64,000 nucleotides of DNA from Oikopleura dioica (taxonomy: Eukaryota > Animalia > Chordata): positions 8,556,001 to 8,620,000 of the forward strand of contig OU015567.1 of NCBI GenBank assembly GCA_907165135.1, given 5' to 3'. The notes beneath the pieces were generated by a model that saw nothing but the letters and a program-made list of their open reading frames with translations, did no database searches and had not been told where the DNA came from. This document shows positions 14,101 to 25,000 of this stretch, piece after piece; the first letter of the stretch is position 1; each line of letters opens with the position of its first letter. Both the position numbers and the translations under genes were made by a program.

Positions 14101-14569
14101 AAAAACTCACCTGTAAGATTCAACAGTATTGTTTTCAATGGACAGAATATGATCCAAATCTTCCAATTCATCGAATTCCGAGTCTTCGTGAAAATGAACT
14201 TTTGTTATTTTCCCTTCTTTGTTGTAAAACAACCCTTCGATGTACTTGTGTCTAAGACCATCAGTGTTATCGTCATTTTCAAAGGTCTGCGAGTACATGA
14301 AGATATTGTTGGCGATCGGAAAATCCCACATTGATTTTCCGTGTTCGTCATAGGCTGTTAGTCGACGGGACTCGCCTATGTCTAGAGGAAGGGGATAAAT
14401 GAAAGAAGAAGATTGTTTCGTGGTCTTTACCGGATGATTTTTCACGGAGGAAAATGTACTCAGGGAGAACGGCATCTTCCAGCGTCTGGTACTTTTCTAT
14501 CTCAGCTTTTCGATCTTGCCCAAAAGCGTGAGAAAGTGCAATAAGATGAAAAAACGGGAGGTGAACCAT
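11193..14569 (-). CDS. EIF2AK3: PERK-type eIF2-alpha kinase (signal peptide, luminal domain, TM helix, kinase with insert)
   Basis: N-terminal [17 protein letters not shown]; [20 protein letters not shown]; kinase motifs [58 protein letters not shown]. Probable homopolymer frameshifts near 13530 and ~14390. Confidence 0.88.
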
Positions 14570-14710
14570 CGTTTTTGACCAAATTAAGAGCCCGATTACA
14601 TATTGCCTGAAAAAGATAAGAATTTTCAACGATGATGATCAACATTGGTTAAATTAACCTAATAAGAGATTTTTGACAAGTGGCAGTACAGTAAGTTAAA
14701 CAGTCAAGAT

Positions 14711-15934
14711 CTAGAACGCGCCGCTTTGGTTTGTGATGCCCGGCACGGGGTTGTAACTCGGCGGTCTTGGTGGCGGCGCAAAGCCAGGCATCGGCGGTCT
14801 CATGCCGGGTGGGCCGCCCATAGGAGCTCCCATTGGGGCGGGCGCTCTCGCTCCAGGCATTCGCTGACCCATCATCCATGGCGGCACCTGCTGCATGCCA
14901 CCTTGTGGCGGGAACATGCCTCCACCTCCCATTGGAGCCGGTCCTCCAGCACCACCCATCGGTGCTGGCATTCCTCCTCCGCCAGTGCCGCCCATTGGTG
15001 GTGCGTTTCCACCAACTCCATCGGCGAACATCCTAGTACATTTTATAAGAAAGTCGAGAAGGGATGAACTTACGTGTGCGGTCGATCGTTGGTCGCCATC
15101 GGATTTTGAGCAGCCAAAAGTCTCTCTGCAGCAGAACCGTGTCGCTCTCCCTTTCCATCCTTTTTAAACGCGAAGCTAAATTAGGAAAATGTTAAAAGTA
15201 CGGTAGAAGGTGGTGGACCCGGCGCCGGACTAATGCGACGTGGCTTTGTGAATAATGATGAATGTGTCTGTTTTTGGAACGTCGAACCTGATTGTAATGG
15301 GTCTATTGCAGAGGTATTGTCCGTTCATCGCTTCTAGCGCAGCGTCGGCAGCCTCGAATGAAGAATAATTGATGAAAGCGAATCCTAAAACAGATTTATA
15401 TCCAAAGAAAATACGGCAGAAAATTGTCACCTTTGCTGTTGCCAGTGTCGGGATCTCTCATAATCTTGGGCGTCTGTAAAATGACACCGAAGGCGGAAAA
15501 GGTATCGTAGAGCAATTTTTCGTCGATTTCTGGGTCCAAGTTTCCGATAAACAAGTTGGCTCCAACATCCAAATTCTTCTGGTGCGATGACGCTTTATTC
15601 ACTCGAACTAGGAAGGGATGAAATTCAAGCAAAGAAGACGGTCTTACCGGGTTTTCCAAATAGCTTAATCATGTTTAAAATTTTGATGGCGTAATCTGCG
15701 TCCTCTTCTGAAAGAAATTCGACAAAGCCGTATCCTTGATGAGTTTGAGTGACTCTATCTTTTGGCATGTGACAGTTGACGACTGGCCCAACTAGAAAAT
15801 GATCAAGAAGACGTTTCAAAACATCAAAACGAACCCTGAATGAACAACTCTGCGAGTAAATGCTCTGTAACTTTCTCATCCAGTCCACCAACGTAGACTG
15901 TTGCGTCCTGATTTCGTTCCGTCAAGGACGCCAT
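14711..15934 (-). CDS. SF3B4: Splicing factor 3B subunit 4 (SAP49): two RRMs and a Pro/Gly/Met-rich tail
   Basis: [84 protein letters not shown]. Confidence 0.96.
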
Positions 15935-16214
15935 TCTGAAAATTCAACAATCAAAAGCAGCCTACAAGTGAGCATTTCGAGCATTAAAAATGATGAACAC
16001 TTAATGATGAAAAAAGGTCGAGAATTCACCAAAAAAACGAGTCCTATGGCGGGTCCCCGATCTTTTTAACAATGTCCTCATAAAAATGTGAAGATAAGTG
16101 GCAGTCGATACAATACGCTTAAAAATGTACAGAGGCTCCGTCTTCAGAATTATTGCCCCTATAAAAACTTCGTCAATTCAGCCTCTTTTCTAAAGCAAAC
16201 CGAGAGCTGTTGCG

Positions 16215-17436
16215 CTAGAGAATGCGAGTGTGTCGTCGCCGCCTGAGAGTCCTTGGCTCCGTGTTTTCTGGCCTGCTCGTGTCTGGCTTCCGTTTAATTG
16301 CATTTCTGAAGTTTTCCTGGAAAGTTTCGAAGAAGGGCATCTTCATCAGTTGATTTTCTTTCAATTCCTGCTGGAAGATTTTTCGCAGCTTTGGCATTTG
16401 TTTTGGGTCCTTTCCGACTTGGTAGAGGTAGCGAAGATCAGTGACGATCACTCTCGTCCAGGCAAGCACTAGAAAACAACGATAGAAAAATTCGTATGAA
16501 ATCGTATTTTACCAAAGACGCCGCAGTCGTCCGAGTTTTGTTGTGCTTGAATGTTTGTGTTGTTTCGAATGCGCCACTTTGTGAGCCTCGAGTTGTCGCC
16601 TGGCGGGTAGTTATTCTCGAAGAATTCGGCGAGTTTTCTGATCATATTGTAGTCCTCTGTTTCGAGAAGGCAGTCCATTGAGTTGAAGTAAGAAATCGTC
16701 GTTTCCCGATACATCGCCAAAGCCAGGGTCCAGTGGGAGTTCAAGTTGATCGGGATAAAGACGTCTTTGTTCGTTAGATCTACAGAAAAATTACTGTAAG
16801 AGACGTTTCGTAGTAGCGGAGTACCTGGGACTCTTTCTACATTGCCGCGCATAAGGCTGTCAGCGAAAAAGGATGATAGCACGACGAACTTGCCATCTTC
16901 TATTTGCAGGGATTTCAAAGACAAAAAACAACCTTTGGTCGAAAAAGTCGACTTTATCGAAAATTAAACATCGGCTAAGAGGAAAAATTTCGTATCCCGG
17001 TAGCTTTTTGATTCTTGACGACCAGTTTCAAATACTCGTTGATGATCGCGTCGTTCAACCATTCTTTCTCTTCAAGCGTGCACAAATCCGCCTCGGTCAG
17101 ATTTCCATTTCTGTCCAGCGGCTTCGAAGCTTTCAAGACAGCGCTGTTCTTCGCAAGTTCTTCGGCTAACTTGTCGTATTTGTCCTGCAGTTTTTTCAAT
17201 AACTTTTCGTCTCCCTTGATATCTCCGTCGTAGATTCGACCCAGGTGCTGGATTCAAGAAAACGAATCAAAAAAATAAGAGGAAAATAAAATTACCGTGA
17301 GAACTCCATCGAATGTTGGTTGTTCTCCTCGGCCGATAGCTACTTCGATGTAGTTTTTGATGATTTTTCGACATTCCCATAGGTTTGGAAGCCCAGGGCG
17401 TTTTGATAAGCAAACGAGATCGTCCGAATCTGACAT
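16215..17436 (-). CDS. Ulp1/SENP-family (peptidase C48) SUMO/Ubl protease
   Basis: WLNDAIINEYL, FIPINLNSHWTL, SYFNSM and QQNSDDCGVF motifs. Confidence 0.88.
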
Positions 17437-17699
17437 TTTTCCGGATTTCTGAATTTCTGAGTACGGAATGAAGAAATGTTACTTTTTCATTGTTTACATT
17501 TAATTTTATTCAGACAAATAGCTTTAGGTACACCTGAACCTTCGGATATCATAGAATTATAGAAGTTTTAAAGTTTCATTTTATCCTTTTTTTTATAAAT
17601 ATACGTCGAAATGACAGTATAAATGTTGATAACAATGACAGTTCACTCAGTTTGAACACATTTGCCTATTATTTATTTCCGTTTTTGAGTTTTCTCTCC

Positions 17700-17830
17700 T
17701 TTTTATAATTTCGCCCTCATTTCGCCTTTCTGAGAGAATCACTATCTCAGCGCCACATCATTTTAAACTCGCGCGCTGATTGGTCGCTTGCGCTGAGCTT
17801 TTCCTCTATTTTTTCCTTTTTGATCGAGAA
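17700..17830. promoter_or_regulatory. Probable shared (divergent) promoter between the SENP and HTATSF1 genes
   Basis: Head-to-head genes ~400 bp apart; CCAAT box (gctgattggtc, ~17777) next to a CG-rich cgcgcgc motif. Confidence 0.35.
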
Positions 17831-17841
17831 ATATCAAGATA

Positions 17842-19887
17842 ATGGCGATTCCAACAGAAGACGAATACGCCGATTTCCAGCGTCAAATCGAGCTCCAGAA
17901 CGAAAAACCAGAACTGGCCCAAGTCTGGGTCCAATAGAAAATACTGTAGGAGCTACAGTAACTGTAGGTTGCTTGAAAAGTGAGAATGTTTGATTTGACC
18001 CGAAATTAGGAGAAAAGATCAAAGAAAAACGCGACGAAGACGGGACGGTTTACCAATGGGACGAAGTCCAAAAGCCTGGTTTCCAAAAGTCACTCAAGAC
18101 TTTCTAGCGCAGTACCAAGCTACTTATGGCACGATGCGAGAGCCGATTCAAGCGCCAGACGGGACAAAGTACAGTTGGGACGACGAGAAGAAAAACTACT
18201 TTGACGAAAAAGGCAATCAGCTGCCAGAAAATGGCTTTGATCATGAAGGAGTAAAGTATACGTATGACATTGAAAACTTGAGATGGCTGGCTGATGGAAA
18301 ACCACTAGGAAAGGGAAGACAGATTTAAGGGAATCAGCCAATCAGAAATCAATTCTCATTGATCGAGCCAATCAGAAATTCCCATTTGCCCACTAATCGT
18401 TCCCTTTTTTCTAGAGCCAAGCATTCTAACCATAAACGTCGTTTACTAAACTTCATTTATGATTTCTAATCAGATTAATTGAATTTGACTATTGTTGACT
18501 CCATTCCACTCCGTGAATGTAAATCGCTTGTGAAATAATCTATTAAATTTTTTCCGTGGCAAAGTCCACATCTCTCCAACTATCCTTTAAAATCTCGGTT
18601 TAAAAATTCTCTATCCGTCAATTAATCTGATTCAAAGCAAGACCCTGCTTCATAATTTCACCGGGGCCACTATTGTTAATAGTCTTTTGATGATGTCGTC
18701 GTTTATGTCTCCCAAATCAGAATCAAACGGACAGGCATCAACTTTCACAGACGAAAACGGGCAAGTCTTCTTCTGGAACGAAATGAAAAAGCTCTGGGTA
18801 ACTGAAGCTGGCATGTCTTACGATCCAGTGACGCAAATCTATACTGATCTTGAAAGTGGGAAAGTCTACGATCCTCAAAAGATGGAATGGGTGCACCCCA
18901 AGAAGCCAAAAGCGCCAAAGGTCGAAAAAGAAGGCTTGATAAAAACATCGACAAAACGCAAAAAGGCGGAATGGTTTGATGCCGAGGAAACGCAAATTAG
19001 CGCAGTTTATGTTTCAAATTTGCCGAAAACGATCACAATAGAGAAGTTTATTAATTTGATGAAAAAGTGCGGCTTGCTGAAACAATGCGAAAAAACGGAA
19101 AAGCCAAAAGTAAAATTATACACGGACGAAAATGGCAAATTCAAGGGCGACGGATTGGCACATTATTTGGCACCAGAATCGGTCGATTTGGCGCTGCAGA
19201 TTTTGGACGAAGAAGAGTTTGAAGGAAGCAAGATCAAGGTCGAACTAGCGAAGTTTGAGATGAAAGGCAAGTTTGACAAGACGAAGAAGAAAAAAGGAAT
19301 GAATAAGAAAGAAAAAATCGCGGCCAAAAAGTCGAAAAACAAGCTTCTCGGCTGGGGAGGAATGGGTCTCACTTCAGGAGCCGAAGATGTCAAGTCTAAA
19401 AGAGCAAGATATGAAAAGGTAGAGTTTATAAGTGATGTGGATTGCTTATGTTAGTTTTTAAGGTCGTGGTGTTCTCAAATTGCTTCACAGTTGAAGAAGT
19501 GGCGCGGGATCCAACGATCATTCTAAAAGTTCAAGATGAGCTCAGAACTGCTTGTAGTGGCTTTGGCAATCCAAAGGTAAGACCGTTTTGTCAGGATATC
19601 CAGGCTATATCACCCTCCTTTTGTCCCCCTTTTTCATTTCTTTCTAGAAAGTAAACATGTTCGATGGTCACCCAAACGGCGTCTGCTCAGTCGCCTTCAA
19701 CTCTGCCGAAGATGCCGATCGCGCCATCGACGGCCTCGACAAACGACTCTTCCGAGGAAGAACTCTTCAAGTGAAGCGCTGGGATGGCGTCACAGACTAT
19801 CGCATCGAAGAAACTCAAGCGGAAATTGAAAATCGCGATTCTGCCTGGAAAGAGTGGCTCGAAGACGACGACGAAAATGACGATTAA
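17842..19887 (+). CDS. HTATSF1: Tat-SF1 / CUS2 homologue (RRM + UHM)
   Basis: DGTVYQWDE..KAWFPKVTQDFLAQYQATYG; RRM1 AVYVSNLP..KGDGLAHY..ESVDLALQILDE; UHM ..DELRTACSGFG..MFDGHPNGVCSVAF..RWDG. Confidence 0.93.
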
Positions 19888-20011
19888 ATTTAATCAAACA
19901 ATTTAAACGCTGCGTTTTTACTTGTTGCTGATCACTAGCCAACTGTTCCAATATTTTCCAAATTTGAATACGATATAAAAAAGAAAGAAATTCTTGCACT
20001 TGAGCCCAGTT

Positions 20012-20122
20012 CTGGGATCGGGAGCCTGTGTTCAAACCTGAGTCAGGGTCATGAAAGAGATTTTCATTTAAACCATCTTTCAAGACCCTGACTCAGGGTT
20101 CTACACAGGTAACCGAGCCCAG
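20012..20122. mobile_element. ~110-bp palindromic MITE-like element
   Basis: ~46-nt imperfect inverted repeats (cctgtgttcaaacctgagtcagggtc / gaccctgactcagggttctacacagg). Confidence 0.55.
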
Positions 20123-20488
20123 AGTTATACTGAAGTTTGAATCGTTTGTTTTTTGGCTGATTGATTCTGAACTATGTTCAATCAACAAGAAAAACAATGA
20201 ATAGATAGTGCCTCAAATCAACTGTAGACTAGAGATCCGCTCAGCTTTTTTTTGCTACCTAGCCGGCTTATTTATTAAGAGGGAGTGAGCATTCTTGTTA
20301 GAAAACACGGCAGGATTTGGGAGGAGCTTTGTCATGAGAAAGAAACGCTAATTACGGGCTCTGGGCCAAAGGCGTAATCAGCTTTTCTATCTCAAAAACG
20401 TCTTTCACAAGGCCGGTGGTATTTTTCATTTTTTTTTGAGAAAGAGAGAGATACATTCCGTTATTTTTATTTTTCCTTCTTCGCTAGA

Positions 20489-21508
20489 ATGTCAAACGAA
20501 CTGGCTGCGAAGCTGGCGAGACGATGTCAGCTAAATGAAGACAAGTCTGGGGAGAAGGACTTGGGCGCAAAGCTCAGCTGCAATTACAGAAGTGTTTACG
20601 CAGGTAAATCGATGGAGAGGGGAATCGTTTTTTAATGGTGATTTTTTAGAATTCAAAGAGTTTCCACTAAAGAAGATCAGAAGCCTTGAATCGAAGTTCA
20701 AGGAGCGGATAATACATTTATAATTTACACCAGTTTCCTCAGAGGCTGCTCTCGCTCGGAAACCTGTGTAAAACGCCTTAGTAAGTATTTTAATCAGGCT
20801 TTATTAAATGGCCGAGTGCCCTTTGCAACCCCTGTTGGTTTTAAAGCACTTCTCAGGATTTCTACACAGGTTGCCGGGTCGAGCTCAGAGTTTCATTATC
20901 ATATCAAAATTGAAACATGTAGTTATCGCTGAATTTGAGCAATTTGACCAAGACAAAGACAACGCGCTGAATATTGAAGAGCTGAAAAAGCTGATGGAGG
21001 GCCTTGGCGAGCCGCAAACTCACAGGGCCGTGAAGGACATGATCGCTCTTGTTGATGACGACAAAGACGGCAAAATCAGCTTCAGGGAGTTTTTGATGAT
21101 CTTCAGGGAAGGGGGTCATCCTAGCAAATCCTACCTTGACTATTGACTTTTGATGACTCTCGCGATAAAGAAAACAGGAGGAAGGAGAACTTGAAAATGA
21201 CTCAGGCCTGGACAAACTTGCAAAGCTCGCTGAAATTGACGTATCGTCTTCTGTACGTTTTTATTTCCAAAACTCAGAGTTCAAATGAGAGATTTTAGGG
21301 CGTCAGTGGAGCCAAGAACTTCTTCCAGGCAAAAGTGGCCGCGTTTGAACAAGAATCGAAAATCACAGATGAAATTCGTCAAGAATTAGAGGTAGGTTTC
21401 CACTTTTTCTGTTCCGTTTTTCATTCTTTTTAGGCGAAAAAGCAAGAAGCAGAAAACGCCCGTCTCAGACGCGAAGAATTCAAAAGAAAACAAAAGCTCT
21501 TCGGCTAA
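20489..21508 (+). CDS. EFHD: EF-hand protein, swiprosin/EFHD family
   Basis: VYAEFKEFPLKKIRSLESKFK|QFDQDKDNALNIEELKKLMEGLGEPQTH..VDDDKDGKISFREFL..DSGLDKLAKLAEIDVSS|GVSGAKNFFQAKV; C-terminal coiled coil. Confidence 0.92.
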
Positions 21509-21798
21509 CGAATTTCACAAAATTGAAGAAAATCCGAACTTTTCAACCTTTCACGTACTGTAAGAAAGTAACGCTCACTTTACCTGTTACAGTATTTCAT
21601 GACTTTATACATATATACCTACTTCTTTGCTCGTATCTTCGTTATTTTCTGTTGCGGGTGGACAATTTCAGCAATTTTATTAAAAGAAAATGTGTTTATA
21701 TAAGAAAAAATAAGCAAAAACTGCCTTATCCATCATTTACTATCCGTTTCTACTAGTAGTGCCCAATGAAAAAAACTATCGCAATACTACCTATTTAA

Positions 21799-21930
21799 CC
21801 CGTTAACAGGGTGGTCGATTTCGCCTACGCTTTTGCCTGTCGGTGATTGAGTGAAATCAAGGATCCGAGGTTGTGATTGGCTACCCATTTCCACGCGTGC
21901 AGGTCAAACCTGCACGCCCTTGTTAACGGG
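21799..21930. mobile_element. 132-bp piggyBac-type MITE
   Basis: TTAA|CCCGTTAACAGGG ... CCCTTGTTAACGGG|TTAA: TTAA duplication, CCC/GGG termini and a ~13-bp TIR. Confidence 0.75.
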
Positions 21931-22060
21931 TTAACCATTCGCTTCCAAAAAACAACAATCTTGAGTTTCCCTGACCGTTTATATTCGTTCAACAAACAAA
22001 AAACGACCTCTATTTTATAACTTTAAATCCTAGAGTCAAAAATTGACCATCATCTTTATC

Positions 22061-25000
22061 ATGGGACTCTTTGGTTCAACAAAAGTAGACCCAAAAAAGA
22101 TGGTGAACGAAATGTCCTCCGGGCTGAGAAAAGAAATGAGAGCGATCGATCGGCAGATTCTTCAAATTGAGCGCGAGCAGCAAAAAACTAAGGCAGAAAT
22201 TAAAAAGCACGCCAAGAAAAACGACATTGATGTGTGCAAAATTCTGGCCAAGGAATTGGTCAACTCACAAAAGGCCGTTTCAAGACTGCATGCTTCGAAG
22301 GCTCAAATAAACTCGGTTATGGTAAGAACTCACTGTTTTTTGGCTTCACGATTTTGATTTGCTTTCAAGATGAATATGCGAACGCAAGCAGCAACAATCC
22401 GAATGACCGGCGCGGTCGAAAAATCCACGCAAGTGATGCAATCAATGAGCAGACTCGTAAAACTGCCAGAGCTTCAAAAGACAATGACGGCGATGAGCAA
22501 GGAAATGATGAAGATGGGCATCATTGACGAACTGATGGACGACGCGATGGAGTCTCTTGATCCTGATGACATGGAGGAAGAAGTTGATGCTCAGGTAGAC
22601 GAGCGATGCTTAGGGTTTTTCACGGGAGCGCGCGGGGCTCGGAACGCCTTCTGACCGCGATTGCCGTTATCACTTTTTCTTATAGGTTTTATATGAAAAT
22701 TAAGGACAAGACTAAATCGAGGATGAGGATTAATAATATGTTATCAAATTTTAAGTTTTCTCTGAAAAAAGGCGAAAAATGGAAATTTTAGTGAAAAATC
22801 TTCACTTTAACACTGAACACACTCAGACACAGTCTCGATTTTTGAATATGATCAATCTCAAGCATAAAGAATTCACCTCTTAAATTTTTGGATAGCCGAA
22901 AATAGCCGGTCATCAAGAAATCCGCATTTAACTAGAACTTTTTGGCATTGCACGCGCGCTGGAGTCGCGCACGGGGTCAGCGCCTGGCCTGAAAACGCGT
23001 ATATTTACTCACTCCCCCGGAGAGCAGTCCGAACCTTTCTGTAGAAGGTGACGAAATAAAGTGGTTCGATGCAATAATTGGGGGATTTCCGATTTAGACA
23101 TGATAATTTCAGTGCAAATAATGCGGTTAACCCTCGAAAATGCCGAAAAAAGCTAATTGTCAATTAGTTTCTGAACATGGGTTTGCAGAAATGTCAAAGA
23201 TTCACAAAAAAAAAGAACATATTCCTTCGGCAGAAGGAATCCGAACTTTTCCAGAGATTTTACAAAGAAGTCAAAGCAGACTATTCTTATTTTTTTTTCT
23301 AGAGAAATCAGAGCCGAATTACCTTGTTATGTTAGACGATGCTGTATAATAATATCTGCTATTTAACAAAAATAACCATCAGTTTCGGGTTCACCATGTT
23401 CAAAAACCTATAGAAAACTATTTTGGGAAATTTTCACTGAAAAATCTCCCTTGCACCAAGTGCGCCAAGACAGCGCGCGCTGCACCACCAAAACCTCGAC
23501 CGGCGGCTCTGATTTTTGTATTTTTGGAATCAGCGGCAGGGCTGTTGATTTCGAGTCCTTCAAAATTACCCGCAATTTTTCTCCGGGTAACCCGCAGATT
23601 TTTCAACGGGTTACTCGCGCGGAGAGTCTTTTCGCGGGCTACCCGCCATACGATTTTTCTCCTTGCCGCCGAGTAGCTCGCGATAATCCGCTACCCTTTT
23701 ACCCGTTTCTACTCGCGCGGCGGGTTACTCGAAATTACCCGTACCCCTTTTTTCCTCACGCTAAGCGACAAACTGCAATCCATTTTCAAATTTCAAATTC
23801 AAAATTTTCGAAAATTTTTTACTGATTTTTTACCGTTCTTAAAAAAAATAAAATAAAAAGACAATTTATTTGCGAATAAATTTATAAGTAAATTTGGCAG
23901 TGTAAATTCGCCAGTGGAAAAATTGACTCTTTTTGCACTTGATCTGGAGTAGGGTCGGACACAAAAAAATTTTTTGAAAGCCGCAAAAGGGAAATATATA
24001 TGTATCGAAAGAGCAGAAGCTGGCGATTCAAATGATATATGTCTCGATGCCGTGAGAGTTGGGAATATTTTTTAAATAATTTTTAAAGTTTCAAAAAAAA
24101 ACGTGATAATTATACGGGATTCAAGAATTTCAACTTTTGTTCTAGGCGTGCTATGATTACGATCGATAGCTTTTCTTGAAGCTCAGTAATCACTGAATTC
24201 ATCGAGGTGATATTTTTGGAACCAGCTGGTCATTCTGGTGGTTCGTCGCGGTTCAAACCTTTGGATGGATTGAGATCCGGCAATATGTATATCAAAATGC
24301 ATATTTTTTGATAAGAAGAAGTTCCAACAGATTTTCAAACAAAACCACTTCGTTGACCGACCGGTTCACAGCGGTTCAAAACGGTTCACGCTCCGAGTAC
24401 TCACAAAATATTGAAATATGTATATCAAAATGCTTCTCTACTAAAAAGGAGTTCTTCAAACTGATTTTCGAACAGAACCACTTGGCTAACCGCCCGGTTC
24501 ACAGTGGTTCAAAGCGGTTCACGGCCTGAATACTCACAAAATATTGAAATATGTATATCAAAATGCCTATCTACTCAAGAGGACTCTTTAAAACTTACTT
24601 TCGAACAGAACCACTTGGCTTACCGCCCGGTTCACAGCGGTTCACGGTCTGAATATTCACAGAATATTGAAAGATGTATATGAAAATGCTATTCTACTCA
24701 AGAGGAGTCTTTTAAACTGATTAACGAGCCAAACCACTTGGCTAACCGCCCGGTTCAGAGCGGTTAAGAGTGGTTCACGCTCTAAGTATTCACAAAATGC
24801 TGAAATATAAATATCAAAATGTATCTCTAGCTTTAGAAGTCATTTTAACAGATATTCGAACCAAACTACTTGGCTAAATGACTGGTTCGTCGTGGTTCAA
24901 GACAGTTCATCTTCTATTTACAGTCCCATTCATAAAATTGAGTCTGCGACGGGGCGAAGCCGATCCGAAGGAGAGGCCAGTCTCGTTTATTCAATTGAGT

